DNA of 49,865 bases, taken from NCBI GenBank assembly GCA_013205645.1, contig JABMMH010000233.1, positions 1-49,865 on the forward strand. The letters are read 5' to 3'. Below the pieces are notes generated by a model. It was not told the DNA's origin. It saw only the letters and a program-made list of their open reading frames with translations, and did no database searches. Source of the DNA: Polaromonas sp. GTDB taxonomy: Bacteria; Pseudomonadota; Gammaproteobacteria; Burkholderiales; Burkholderiaceae_C. Within the stretch, counting starts at the first letter, position 1. The number at the start of each line of letters is the position of its first letter. The position numbers and the translations under genes are program-made. Shown here one piece after another: positions 34,229-46,189 of this stretch.

Positions 34229-34803
34229 ATCAAGCCGAACCAGCCCAAGGTCGCGCCCGCACCCAGCAGCCACAAAATGTGCAGCTTGGTGCGCCAGAAG
34301 ATCACGGCACTGACACCGGCCAGCAACCACAACGGCCAGTGCTCCAGCGACTTGCCGCTGGCACTGGCGAGAATCAAGCCGGTGGAAATCAACAGCCCCA
34401 CCACAATCGGTGCCATGCCCTGTTTGAAGGCCCGCACACCGCGCAAATTGCGATTGCGGTGGCCCCATTGGGTGGCGTTGTAGGTCAGCACCGAACTGGG
34501 TATCAGCATCCCGGTCATGGCCAGCGTGATGCCCAGCAAGCCGTACAGAACGCCGCCGGCGTTCATGCCGACATTCCAGCCCATCAGCGCGATAAACAAG
34601 ACGTTCGGCCCGGGCGCGGCCTGCGCAATGGCCACCGATGCATTGAACTGGGCGTCGGTCAGCCAGAGGTTTTGGTCGACCAAAAAGCGGTGCATGTCCG
34701 GGATCATGGCAATCGCGCCGCCTATGGCCATCAGCGACAGCGAGAGATAGTGCAGAAAAAACTGAGTCCACTCAGTCACACCCATGTTCAGCGTCTCGCT
34801 CAT
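34225..34803 (-). CDS. Short-chain chromate transporter (CHR), second subunit
   Basis: AIGGAIAMIP, QAAPGPN; hydrophobic; ATGA overlap with partner gene. Confidence 0.88.
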   Translation of the reverse strand: MSETLNMGVTEWTQFFLHYLSLSLMAIGGAIAMIPDMHRFLVDQNLWLTDAQFNASVAIAQAAPGPNVLFIALMGWNVGMNAGGVLYGLLGITLAMTGMLIPSSVLTYNATQWGHRNRNLRGVRAFKQGMAPIVVGLLISTGLILASASGKSLEHWPLWLLAGVSAVIFWRTKLHILWLLGAGATLGWFGLI

Positions 34804-35375
34804 GGCTTCAGTCTTTTGTAGGCGAGGGTACAAGCCACGCCGCCAAGCCCAAACAGCACGTAAGCCAGCGGTAGCCGAAGCACGACAATGCCGGTCAAGC
34901 AAGCCAGGCCCAATACCGCGCACCAGCGCCAGCCCATGATGTTGGTTGTCAATGCGCTGATCAGCTTGATGCCAGTGGCCAAGATCAGGCCCGCAGCCAC
35001 TGCGCCCATGCCGCGCAGTGCGCCAGCGACGCCGGGGTGGTCGGCAAACTGCGTATACACAACTGCGAGTGCCAGCACCAGCACCAGCGGCACCAGGAGC
35101 ATACCGGCCAGTCCCACCAGCGCGCCTTTGAGGCCGAAGTAGCGTCCGCCGATGATCAAGGCCAGATTGATCACGTTGGGGCCGGGCATGATCTGCGCCA
35201 CCGACCAGTCTTCAATGAACTCATCGCGCGTCATCCAGCGTTTTTTCTCGACCAACTCTCTTTGCACCACGGCCAGCACGCCGCCAAAACCTTGCAGGGC
35301 CAGCAGCGTGAAGGAGACAAACAGGTCGGTCAGGGACTCGGGGCGTGGACGATCTTCGGGGGGTAAAACAGGCAT
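34800..35375 (-). CDS. Short-chain chromate transporter (CHR), first subunit
   Basis: GFGG, LVEKKRW, QIMPGPN. Confidence 0.88.
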   Translation of the reverse strand: MPVLPPEDRPRPESLTDLFVSFTLLALQGFGGVLAVVQRELVEKKRWMTRDEFIEDWSVAQIMPGPNVINLALIIGGRYFGLKGALVGLAGMLLVPLVLVLALAVVYTQFADHPGVAGALRGMGAVAAGLILATGIKLISALTTNIMGWRWCAVLGLACLTGIVVLRLPLAYVLFGLGGVACTLAYKRLKP

Positions 35376-35411
35376 CCCCGCATTATGACTTTTACCCAAG
35401 TCACCCAACGG

Positions 35412-35754
<343 letters not shown>

Positions 35755-35835
35755 TCAACGCAACGCTCGATCAAAGTTAGGACGACAGAATGCAAATAAC
35801 GGCGTGCCACGAATGCAAGGCATCTTCTACTTTGG

Positions 35836-36966
35836 TTGAACTCACTTCGCTTGCATGACATGAAGCGCCACGGCTGGAGTGCTTTGAACCTCAATCCGCA
35901 TGTCGCTTGGACTGCGGGCAAAGACGGTCAGGTCGATTACCTCAGCGACCGTTGGCGCGAGTGGACGGGCAAACGCGGTTTGGGGGAGTCTTGGGCCGAC
36001 TCGGTGCATCCGGATGACCTGCCGCAGGTGCTTGAGTCTTGGCGTCGCGCAGTTTTGACTGGCGAGCCGAACGATGTCGAACATCGGCTCTGCATGCGCA
36101 GTGGCAGCTACCGCTGGATGAGAAGCAGGGCCATGTCGCAACGCGACAGCGCAGGCGCCATCACCCGTTGGTACGGCGCGACTGAAGATATTGATGAGCG
36201 CAAACGCGCTGAAGATGCACTGCGCAGCAGCGAAGCCGCCTTGCTGGCCCTGACGCTGTCCTTGAACCAGCAGATCAAATGCCGCACCGACGAGCTCACC
36301 GAACTCAACCGGCACTTGCAGTCTGCACGAGAAGAAGAGCGCAACCGTCTGGCCGGTACCCTGCATGACGACCTCGGCGCCTTGTTCACCGCCGCCAAGT
36401 TTGACGTGGCACGGCTGAAGTCGGCTTTGGCGCCGCTGTCGCCTGAGGTGTCCGCCCGCATTGGTCACTTTTCAGACTTGCTGGACAAGAGCATTGACAG
36501 CAAGCGCCACATGATTGAAGACTTGCGGCCTTCCGCATTGAGCTCGCTCGGGCTGGTGCCCGCCTTGACGATCTTGATCAACGACTTCACCCGCAGCCAT
36601 GGCATCCAAGTGCAGGCAGAGCTAGAAGACCCTTCAGAGCTGCCGATCAAGCCCGCTGTTCAACTCACGATTTACAGGCTGGCGCAAGAAGCCCTTGAGA
36701 ATGTTGCAGCCTACGCTCAGGCTGGCAACGTGCGCGTGCGCTTGTCCTGTGAAGGCCACGGCCAAGTGCAAATCAGCGTGAAAGACGATGGCATCGGCTT
36801 CGACGCTTCTTCTGAGCGCATTGCCATGCTGGGTTTGCTAGGCATGCATTACCGCGTCGAAGCCGAAGGTGGTTGCTTCGAGGTGAAGTCCAGTCATCAA
36901 TGTGGCACTACTTTGAGCGCGTGCTTCCCCGTGGATGAGCTGTCAGCCACGCTGGCCTTGAACTAG
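35836..36966 (+). CDS. Cytoplasmic PAS-domain histidine kinase (NarX/UhpB-type, HisKA_3)
   Basis: PAS/PAC (VHPDD...YRW...DIDERK), H-box EERNRLAGTLHDDLG, QEALEN, DDGIGFD, GLLGM; start 35836 (TTG) or 35860 (ATG). Confidence 0.88.
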   Translation: MNSLRLHDMKRHGWSALNLNPHVAWTAGKDGQVDYLSDRWREWTGKRGLGESWADSVHPDDLPQVLESWRRAVLTGEPNDVEHRLCMRSGSYRWMRSRAMSQRDSAGAITRWYGATEDIDERKRAEDALRSSEAALLALTLSLNQQIKCRTDELTELNRHLQSAREEERNRLAGTLHDDLGALFTAAKFDVARLKSALAPLSPEVSARIGHFSDLLDKSIDSKRHMIEDLRPSALSSLGLVPALTILINDFTRSHGIQVQAELEDPSELPIKPAVQLTIYRLAQEALENVAAYAQAGNVRVRLSCEGHGQVQISVKDDGIGFDASSERIAMLGLLGMHYRVEAEGGCFEVKSSHQCGTTLSACFPVDELSATLALN

Positions 36967-36985
36967 GATAAACCACAGGAGATTC

Positions 36986-37447
36986 ATGATGACTAATATT
37001 CAATTTCGCAGCCTCGGTTTGACGGTGCTGGCGTCTGCACTGCTGGCCGGTTGCGGTGCCCTGTTGCCGGCCAATGACAAAAGCCATCTGGTCACTTTCA
37101 CGACGCAGATGCGCGGCGGCAACGAGGTGCCGCCAGTGGCGACCAGCGCCAGCGGACAGGTCGACGCCATGCTCAACACAGACACCAACTTGCTGCGCTG
37201 GCGGCTGACTTACACCAACTTGAGCGGCCCACCCAGGGCCGGACACTTCCATGGGCCCGTCGCCATCGGCGCGAACGCCGGCGTGGTCTTGCCGTTTTCG
37301 GGCCTGATGGGCAGCCCGCTGGAAGGCTCAGCCACACTCACCGCCGCACAGGTCTCAGATCTGATGGCCGGTCGCTGGTACGCCAATATCCACACGGTTG
37401 CCAACCCCGGCGGCGAAATTCGTGGGCAAATGACTTTGCGGCGTTAA
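36986..37447 (+). CDS. CHRD domain lipoprotein
   Basis: CAGGAG RBS; lipobox LLAGC; [27 protein letters not shown]. Confidence 0.92.
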   Translation: MMTNIQFRSLGLTVLASALLAGCGALLPANDKSHLVTFTTQMRGGNEVPPVATSASGQVDAMLNTDTNLLRWRLTYTNLSGPPRAGHFHGPVAIGANAGVVLPFSGLMGSPLEGSATLTAAQVSDLMAGRWYANIHTVANPGGEIRGQMTLRR

Positions 37448-37551
37448 ACCAAGGCTTTGGCCGGTACTTGCCCGACCCAATAAAGGGCCATTTGTCCCGA
37501 TTCGTGTTTTTGGGTCAGAAACCTTACAATGCCGGGTTACCCCAAAGCCCT

Positions 37552-39921
37552 ATGAACGCTCCCATCGACGTCTCCTTTTTCGCGCGCGCCGCCAAGCCAC
37601 TGACCAGTTACCGCAAGTACTGGGCGGCCCGTTTTGGCACGGCCAAGTTTTTGCCAACCAGCCGCGAGGAAATGCAGGCGCTGGGATGGGACAGTTGCGA
37701 CATCATCATCGTGACAGGCGACGCTTACGTCGACCACCCTAGTTTTGGCATGGCCGTCATTGGCCGCATGCTCGAAGCGCAGGGCTTTCGGGTCGGCATC
37801 ATCGCCCAACCCGACTGGCAAACCGCTGAGCCCTACAAACTACTGGGCAAGCCGAATCTGTTCTTCGGCGTCACGGCCGGCAACATGGATTCCATGATCA
37901 ACCGCTACACGGCGGACCGCAAAATCCGCAGCGACGACGCCTACACCCCCGGCGACATCGGCGGCAAACGGCCTGACCGCGCCGCACTGGTGTATTCCCA
38001 GCGCTGCCGCGAAGCCTACAAAGAAGTACCGATTGTGTTGGGTGGCATTGAAGGCTCGCTCCGTCGCATCGCGCATTACGACTATTGGTCTGACAAAGTG
38101 CGGCGCAGCGTGGTGGTCGACGCCAAATGCGACCTGCTGCTGTACGGCAATGCCGAGCGCGCGATTGTCGAAATCGCTCATCGCTTGGCTGCCAAAGAGC
38201 CTATCGCCAACATCACCGACATTCGCGGCACCGCCTTCATTCGCCGCCAAGGTGACGAGACCGCACAAGGCTGGTTCGAGATTGACTCCACCAATGTCGA
38301 CGCGCCAGGCCGGGTCGAAGCCCACGTCAATCCGTACCTGATGATTTCGGAGCAGGCCAAAGAGCAGGGCGCCACCTGCGCCCGTGAAGACGAAGCCGCC
38401 GACGTTGCCGTCAAGGCTGAAGCGGCGGGCTCGCCGGTGCTCAAGGTCAAAACCCCGCCACTGGCCAACCCGGCCATCAAGCCGCTCACCTTTGTGCAGA
38501 ACCCGAGCTTGCCGTCGATGCAGGGCAAGATCAAAGTGCCGCCGCGTGACCGTTCGGTGATTCGGCTGCCGTCTTACGAGAAAGTTCGCAGCGACGCCGT
38601 GCTATACGCCCACGCCAACCGCGTGTTGCATCTTGAGACCAACCCAGGTAATGCGCGCGCCTTGGTGCAGGCCCACGGTGAAGGTGTGACCGCCCGCGAC
38701 GTCTGGATCAACCCGCCGCCGATCCCGCTGACCACCGTCGAGATGGACTACGTCTTCGACTTGCCGTATGCGCGTTCGCCGCACCCTATCTACGCCGACG
38801 AGAACGACAGCCACGACCACGCCACCAAAATACCAGCCTGGGAAATGATTCGCTTCAGCGTGAACATCATGCGCGGCTGCTTTGGTGGGTGCACTTTTTG
38901 CTCCATCACCGAGCACGAAGGCCGCATCATCCAGAGCCGTTCCGAGGACTCCGTGATCCGCGAGATTGAAGCCATTCGAGACACCGTCAAAGGCTTCACC
39001 GGCGCTATTTCAGACCTCGGCGGCCCGACCGCCAACATGTACCGCATCGGTTGCAAGTCACCCGAGATTGAAGCCGCTTGCCGCAAACCGTCTTGTGTTT
39101 ACCCCGGCATTTGCTCGAATCTCAACACCGACCACGCACCCTTGATCAAGATGTACCGCCGGGCGCGCTCGCTCAAGGGCATCAAGAAAATTCTCATCAG
39201 CTCTGGTCTGCGCTATGACTTGGCGGTGCAAAGCCCCGAGTACGTCAAAGAGCTGGTGACGCACCACGTCGGTGGCTACCTGAAGATCGCACCCGAGCAC
39301 ACCGAGCAGGGCCCGCTGACCAAGATGATGAAACCCGGCATCGGCAGCTACGACAAGTTCAAGCAGATGTTCGAGAAGTACTCGCTCGAAGCCGGTAAAA
39401 AGCAGTTTTTGATTCCTTACTTCATCGCCGCCCATCCGGGCACCAGCGACGAAGACATGATGAACCTCGCCATCTGGCTCAAAAAAAGCGGCTTCAGGGC
39501 TGACCAAGTTCAGACCTTCTACCCGTCACCCATGGCGACGGCGACGGCCATGTACCACACCAACCGCAATCCGCTGCGCAAGATCACGCGCGACAGCGAG
39601 ACCGTGGACATCGTGCGCGGCGACAAACGCCGCCGCCTGCACAAAGCTTTCTTGCGCTACCACGACGCCAACAACTGGCCGCTGCTGCGCGAAGCCCTCA
39701 AGACCATGGGTCGGTCTGACTTGATCGGCAACGGCAAGCACCATTTGATCCCCACCTACCAGCCGCTGACCGATGGCGGCTACACCAGCGCACGCAAGAA
39801 AAACTCGACCACCGTCGCGTTGAAGTCTGCCGCGCCGGTCAAAGGCCGCATCCTGACCCAGCACACCGGCTTGCCGCCGCGTGACAATGGTTCCGCCAAG
39901 CCTCTCCGTAAACCGCGCTGA
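37552..39921 (+). CDS. ygiQ: YgiQ family radical SAM protein
   Basis: [31 protein letters not shown]; upstream TACAAT. Confidence 0.94.
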   Translation: MNAPIDVSFFARAAKPLTSYRKYWAARFGTAKFLPTSREEMQALGWDSCDIIIVTGDAYVDHPSFGMAVIGRMLEAQGFRVGIIAQPDWQTAEPYKLLGKPNLFFGVTAGNMDSMINRYTADRKIRSDDAYTPGDIGGKRPDRAALVYSQRCREAYKEVPIVLGGIEGSLRRIAHYDYWSDKVRRSVVVDAKCDLLLYGNAERAIVEIAHRLAAKEPIANITDIRGTAFIRRQGDETAQGWFEIDSTNVDAPGRVEAHVNPYLMISEQAKEQGATCAREDEAADVAVKAEAAGSPVLKVKTPPLANPAIKPLTFVQNPSLPSMQGKIKVPPRDRSVIRLPSYEKVRSDAVLYAHANRVLHLETNPGNARALVQAHGEGVTARDVWINPPPIPLTTVEMDYVFDLPYARSPHPIYADENDSHDHATKIPAWEMIRFSVNIMRGCFGGCTFCSITEHEGRIIQSRSEDSVIREIEAIRDTVKGFTGAISDLGGPTANMYRIGCKSPEIEAACRKPSCVYPGICSNLNTDHAPLIKMYRRARSLKGIKKILISSGLRYDLAVQSPEYVKELVTHHVGGYLKIAPEHTEQGPLTKMMKPGIGSYDKFKQMFEKYSLEAGKKQFLIPYFIAAHPGTSDEDMMNLAIWLKKSGFRADQVQTFYPSPMATATAMYHTNRNPLRKITRDSETVDIVRGDKRRRLHKAFLRYHDANNWPLLREALKTMGRSDLIGNGKHHLIPTYQPLTDGGYTSARKKNSTTVALKSAAPVKGRILTQHTGLPPRDNGSAKPLRKPR

Positions 39922-39973
39922 TCCGCATCCATCCCCGCAAACCAGCCGGTTTGCGCCACCAACATTGCGATTT

Positions 39974-40747
39974 ATGAACATCACTGTCAGTGAAGAGCTG
40001 CGCGCGTATATTGATCCGTTGACCCCTCACGAACATGCGGCACTGGAACGCAGCTTGTTGGCCGAAGGCTGCCGCGACGCCTTGGTGCTCTGGGGCGACG
40101 TGCTGGTTGACGGCCACAACCGTTACGGTATTTGCAGCCAGCACGGTATTGCCTTCAACACCGTCCAAAACACCCAGTTCAAGTCCATGGACGACGTCCA
40201 CCTGTGGATGATTGACCAGCACTTGGGCCGGCGCAGTCTGTCTGACTTTCAACGCGGCGTGCTGGCGTTGCGCAGGAAAGACATCTTGTCGGCCAGCGTG
40301 CCGGCAGAGGCTGATTCAGCAGCGCCTGAGTCACCAACCGCTGCGCCTGCCGCCAACCATGTTGCAAACACGGTTGACGTTCTGACCACCAGCGATGCCA
40401 CAGCCAAAGCCGCCCGCCTCAGCAGCAGCGCCCTGAGTCACATTAAAAAAATTCAAGAGTCAGCCGCACCAGAGTTGGTGGCGGCCGTCAAGTCGGGTTC
40501 CATTTCAATCACCGCCGCCGCCAACGTGGCGTCGTTGCCCGTTGCGGAGCAGGTCGCTGCGGCGGCAGGCGGTAAAAAAGAGCTACAGCAAGCCGCCCGC
40601 CAAGTCCGCGAAAGCCGGGCCGTAGAGCGCAGCGAACCCGATTCGCCCGCGGGGGTGATTGCGCGTTTGAAGCAAACCATCAGCATGCTCAGTGCAGAAA
40701 ATGCGTTGTTGAAAACCCAGCTGGCTGAGCTGACCGCCGCTACTTAA
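39974..40747 (+). CDS. ParB/Srx-like N-terminal domain protein (plasmid replication/partition-related family)
   Basis: LERSLLAEGCRDALVLW..LVDGHNRY, HLGRRSL, HTH-like ELVAAVKSGSISITAA, C-terminal zipper. Confidence 0.75.
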   Translation: MNITVSEELRAYIDPLTPHEHAALERSLLAEGCRDALVLWGDVLVDGHNRYGICSQHGIAFNTVQNTQFKSMDDVHLWMIDQHLGRRSLSDFQRGVLALRRKDILSASVPAEADSAAPESPTAAPAANHVANTVDVLTTSDATAKAARLSSSALSHIKKIQESAAPELVAAVKSGSISITAAANVASLPVAEQVAAAAGGKKELQQAARQVRESRAVERSEPDSPAGVIARLKQTISMLSAENALLKTQLAELTAAT

Positions 40748-40777
40748 CGGGTTAAAGGGTTAATCGGCCAGGCCTTT

Positions 40778-41683
40778 TCAGGCCATCGTGTGCAGCGGAA
40801 TGTCCCTCAAAGTCGCCAGCACATCAAGCTGCTGACGCGTCTGTTTCTTCAAAAACCGGGCAATGCCGTCTCGCGTGGTCTTGGTTTGCAGACTCGCCAC
40901 GTCTGACGCTGGCAAGCCCGCCGCCGCGCACAGCGCAGCGGCAAAATGCGGCTCCAGCGCTGCCACCGCCACACGGCCATCCTTGCACGCATATACGCGG
41001 TAACCGGCATGTGCGCCGCCGACAAAACCGCTGGGCTGCGTCAGCCCCCAATGCCGGGGCAGCGCGAGGTAGTGCGCCGCACTAGACAGCGCGACTTCCA
41101 AGCGAATGCCTTTTCCGCTGTTGCGCTGCGACAGCACCGCCTGCAACACCGCTTCGCTGGCTGCTAACGAGCCGCCCATGTCGGCATATAGCGTGGCGGG
41201 TAACTCCAAGCCTGGCACCAAGCCGCTGTCCGCCAGGTAGGTCAAGTCGTGGCCGGGCTCTTCAGCGCGAGCCCCGGGGCTGCCGACGATGGCCACCTGC
41301 GACAGGGCAGGGTAGAGGCGGTGCAAGTTCTTCCAGCCCAAGCCGAGTTTCTCAATCGCAGACGGCCGGAAAGAGGTGATCAGCACATAGGTTTTGGCGA
41401 GCTCGCGGTGTAATTTTTTTTGCCCCGCCTCAGTCTTCAAATCCACCGTGATGACTTTGATGCCGCTCTGCAATTGCGCATAAGCGGGCGGGCTGTAACG
41501 CTGCATCGGGTCGCCACTGGGTGGCTCCAACTTGACGCAGCGCGCGCCCATTTGCTGGCAGCGCATCAAGGCTGCGGGGCCGGGCAAATTCAAAGCGAGG
41601 CTGAGCAGGCGAACGCCCTTCAGGACTTGTGGGATTTTCAGGGCAGGGTCTTGGGTTTTTGCTTGGAGTTTGGCTTGTGTCAT
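40778..41683 (-). CDS. CaiB/BaiF family CoA-transferase (short form)
   Basis: LKGVRLLSL..NLPGP, VKLEPPSGDP, PGHDLTY, VAALEPHF. Confidence 0.88.
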   Translation of the reverse strand: MTQAKLQAKTQDPALKIPQVLKGVRLLSLALNLPGPAALMRCQQMGARCVKLEPPSGDPMQRYSPPAYAQLQSGIKVITVDLKTEAGQKKLHRELAKTYVLITSFRPSAIEKLGLGWKNLHRLYPALSQVAIVGSPGARAEEPGHDLTYLADSGLVPGLELPATLYADMGGSLAASEAVLQAVLSQRNSGKGIRLEVALSSAAHYLALPRHWGLTQPSGFVGGAHAGYRVYACKDGRVAVAALEPHFAAALCAAAGLPASDVASLQTKTTRDGIARFLKKQTRQQLDVLATLRDIPLHTMA

Positions 41684-41714
41684 AACCAGCAATCTACAGC
41701 AAGCCGCAGGCTCA

Positions 41715-42998
<1,284 letters not shown>

Positions 42999-43012
42999 TT
43001 AAACAGATTAAC

Positions 43013-43029
43013 TGTGCGATCATCGCGCA
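43013..43029. promoter_or_regulatory. PobR/PcaR-type operator palindrome
   Basis: TGTGCGAT-C-ATCGCGCA, resembling the PcaR/PcaU/PobR box; extra half-site TGTGCG at 42993; lies between divergent pobA and pobR. Confidence 0.75.
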
Positions 43030-43869
43030 ATGGCTGAACCCCGAAAAACACCTACTAGAAGCCCATTGCCGGGTACTTTCCCCATTGCCAAGGCCGACTT
43101 GATTGAAGGCATGGCCAAAGGCATGGCCGTGCTGGAAGCGTTTGACCCGCAGCGGCAGCGCCTCAACGCCACGTTGGCGGCAGAGCGTGCTGGCATCACC
43201 CGCGCGGCGGCGCGGCGTCATCTGCTGACGCTGACGCATCTGGGTTATCTTGAAACCGACGGCCGCTATTTCTGGCTGGCCGCCAAAGTGCTGCGCTTTT
43301 CAGGCAGCTACCTCGCCACGGCGCGCTTGCCGCGTGCCGTGCAGCCGACCTTGAACCGCTTGGCCGCGCAGTCGCAAGCCTCGTTTTCTGTCGCGGTGCT
43401 GGACGGCGACGAAGTCGTCATCATCGGCCGCAGCGGCATGGAGTGGAAAAGCACTGAGACAAAGACTGTGCATGCGCGGGTGCTGGCTTATGGCTTGCAC
43501 TTAGGCGCACGTTTGCCGGCGCATGCGACCTCCACTGGCCGCGTGTTGCTGGCGGCCAAAGCGCGGAGCGACTTCAACGCCTGGCTGAAACCGCGTCTGG
43601 CCACCGGCTTGGCGCGGCTGACTGTGCACACCACGACAGACGCGCGCGCACTCAGAGCGCTGGTCGAGAAAGCCCGTGCAGACGACTACTGCCAAGCCAG
43701 TGAAGAGCACGAACTCGGCGTGCATGCACTGGCTGTGCCGCTGCGCGACATGCAAGGCCATACAGTCGCCGCCATCAACGTGGTGAGTTCATCGCTGGTG
43801 GGGGCTGGGCGCTTGAGCATGTTGCCGTTACTGCTCGACGCCGCGCGGGAACTGCGGCCCTTGCTTTAG
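43030..43869 (+). CDS. pobR: IclR family regulator PobR (PcaR/PcaU/PobR group)
   Basis: HTH ITRAAARRHLLTL, GARLPAHATSTGRVLLA; divergent from pobA. Confidence 0.88.
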   Translation: MAEPRKTPTRSPLPGTFPIAKADLIEGMAKGMAVLEAFDPQRQRLNATLAAERAGITRAAARRHLLTLTHLGYLETDGRYFWLAAKVLRFSGSYLATARLPRAVQPTLNRLAAQSQASFSVAVLDGDEVVIIGRSGMEWKSTETKTVHARVLAYGLHLGARLPAHATSTGRVLLAAKARSDFNAWLKPRLATGLARLTVHTTTDARALRALVEKARADDYCQASEEHELGVHALAVPLRDMQGHTVAAINVVSSSLVGAGRLSMLPLLLDAARELRPLL

Positions 43870-44333
43870 GGTTGTTGCGCCAACCACTGCCGACACCAAC
43901 GCACCGCTTCGGCTTCTGTATCGATTCCGCTGCTGGCGTCTAAGCAGCAGAGCTCACCAATGCGTTGAGCGCCTAGGTCTAGCAGGCGGGCGTCAAATTT
44001 TTTGCCGCCGCCACAAAATGTGTCCGGGTAACACTGGTCGCCCAAGGCGATGACGCCGTAGCGCACATGGCCTAGGTAGCGTGGTTCTAGGTCGAGCGAG
44101 TCGTACAAGTCGCTGGCGTTGTCGGGCACGTCACCCGAACCGTGGGTGGCGCAGCAGATGAGGTACAGCAGGTCTTCTTCTGCTTCTCCTTGAGCGTCGA
44201 ACACCGCCACGCTGAGCCCGTCCATCGATTGAACTTCAATGCTTGCGGCCAAGTCAGTGCAATCCATCTGGATGGATTGGGCGACGCTCTCGGCGGTGCC
44301 GGTCATGGTGCCGACCAGAATTTTCAATTTCAT
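43866..44333 (-). CDS. Flavodoxin (MioC/YqcA family)
   Basis: GTMTGTAE FMN loop, ATHGSGDVPDNA, ALGDQCY..FCGG. Confidence 0.9.
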   Translation of the reverse strand: MKLKILVGTMTGTAESVAQSIQMDCTDLAASIEVQSMDGLSVAVFDAQGEAEEDLLYLICCATHGSGDVPDNASDLYDSLDLEPRYLGHVRYGVIALGDQCYPDTFCGGGKKFDARLLDLGAQRIGELCCLDASSGIDTEAEAVRWCRQWLAQQP

Positions 44334-44479
44334 CTGTGCTGTGTCCCAAGATTCAAAAATAGACCCTCTTGACTTTACCTGTTTCCACTTTTGCACATCA
44401 ATCGTATACCGCACGCGCGCAGTGGGAATGCTGCCCTTTGCTATATTGAATGAATCCGATTGACTGACACAAGGTGCCC

Positions 44480-46075
44480 ATGCAACGACGTGATTTTCTG
44501 CAAGCTTCGGCCGCCTTGACTGCCGCTGGTTTTCCGACAACCTCTTTATTGGCTGCCGCTGCAGCGACCAGCCCGCTTAAATTTCTGGGTCAACCTCAGG
44601 CTTTTGACTTTGCCAGCCTCAAGGGCTCTGCCCGGGCGCTGGCCTCCAAACCCTACCAAGCGCCAGTGAGCAAGCTGCCAGCGGCCGTGAGCCAGCTGGA
44701 CTGGGACCAGTACCAAGCGATCAATTACCGTTCGGACCACGCCTTGTGGGCGGACGAGGCCTTGCGCTTTCAGGCCAAGTTTTTTCACCTGGGTTTGTTC
44801 TTCAAGTCGCCAGTCAAGATATTTGAGTTGAAAAATCGCCAGGCGCAGGAACTGGCCTATGACCCCGCGATGTTCGACTACGGCAAAAGCGGCTTGCAGG
44901 GCGTGCCCCTGCCCAGCGACCTGGGGTTTGCCGGATTCCGGGTCAATTTTCATACCGATTTGAGCCGCGATGTGGCGGCATTTTTAGGCGCCAGTTACTT
45001 CCGTGCAGTTGGTTCTGACTGGCAATATGGTTTGTCGGCGCGCGGTCTGGCTATCGACTGCGGCATGGAGCGTCCTGAGGAGTTTCCCAACTTTGTCAGT
45101 TTCTGGATAGAGCGACCGGCCAAAGACAGCAGCAAGCTGGTGGTCTACGCCTTGCTTGACTCGCCCAGTGTGGCCGGCGCTTACCGCTTTGAAATTCAAC
45201 CCGCTGCCACCCTGGTGATGGACGTGGAGGTGGCGCTGTACCCGCGCAAGACGATTGAGCGGATGGGTATTGCGCCGCTGACCAGCATGTTTCAGTATGG
45301 CGAGAACGACCGCCGGATGCCGGCTGCCAACGACTGGCGCCCCGAGATTCATGACTCCGACGGCCTGTCGATGTTGCTGGGCAACGGCGAATGGATCTGG
45401 CGTCCGCTGACCAATCCACAGCAACTGCGCTTCAATGCCTATGCGGATGAAAACCCGCGCGGTTTTGGCTTGCTGCAGCGCGACCGTAACTTTGACCATT
45501 ACCAAGACGATGGCGTGTTTTATGAGCGACGCCCGAGCGCCTGGGTCGAGCCCAAGGCCGGCTGGGGCAAGGGCGCAATTCAGTTGGTGGAAATCCCGAC
45601 GCTGGACGAGACCTTTGACAACATCGTTTGCTTCTGGAACCCGTTGAACAAGCCGCAGGCCGGGCAGGAGCATTTGTACAGCTACCGCCTGCACTGGGGC
45701 AGCAAGATGCCGCTGCTGCCGAACCAGGCCACGGTGGTGGCCACGCGCACCGGCGTTGGCGGTGTGGTGGGGCAAAAGCGCAGCTACTATTCCAAGCGTT
45801 TTGTGGTCGATTTCGCCGGTGGTGACTTGCAATTGCTGGGGCCGAACGCCAAGGTGTCGCCGGTCATCAACGCTTCCAGTGGCGAGGTCGAGGTGACTTC
45901 AGCGCGCCCGCTGGTGGCGGCGCAGGGTTATCGGGTCATGTTTGACCTGAAGCCGACGGCGGCCAGCGTGGCGCCGATTGATTTGCGGGTTTTCTTGACG
46001 GTGGATGGTCAACCCCTGAGCGAGACTTGGCTTTACCAGTGGACGCCACCGGCGGTGGCTGAGCGGGAGTTTTAA
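44480..46075 (+). CDS. opgD: Glucan biosynthesis protein D (OpgD/OpgG family)
   Basis: Tat signal QRRDFL, FLGASYFRA, YGLSARGLA, RPEIHDSDGL, SETWLYQ. Confidence 0.9.
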   Translation: MQRRDFLQASAALTAAGFPTTSLLAAAAATSPLKFLGQPQAFDFASLKGSARALASKPYQAPVSKLPAAVSQLDWDQYQAINYRSDHALWADEALRFQAKFFHLGLFFKSPVKIFELKNRQAQELAYDPAMFDYGKSGLQGVPLPSDLGFAGFRVNFHTDLSRDVAAFLGASYFRAVGSDWQYGLSARGLAIDCGMERPEEFPNFVSFWIERPAKDSSKLVVYALLDSPSVAGAYRFEIQPAATLVMDVEVALYPRKTIERMGIAPLTSMFQYGENDRRMPAANDWRPEIHDSDGLSMLLGNGEWIWRPLTNPQQLRFNAYADENPRGFGLLQRDRNFDHYQDDGVFYERRPSAWVEPKAGWGKGAIQLVEIPTLDETFDNIVCFWNPLNKPQAGQEHLYSYRLHWGSKMPLLPNQATVVATRTGVGGVVGQKRSYYSKRFVVDFAGGDLQLLGPNAKVSPVINASSGEVEVTSARPLVAAQGYRVMFDLKPTAASVAPIDLRVFLTVDGQPLSETWLYQWTPPAVAEREF

Positions 46076-46189
46076 GGTCCATATTCTTCAGCGCAAGGGA
46101 CGTAGCAGGGCCTGGATGCCCGCCGTTTGTGCTTGCCTTACGGCAATACCTGTGTGAAACTGCATGAAACGTCAGTAAATATTTTTACC

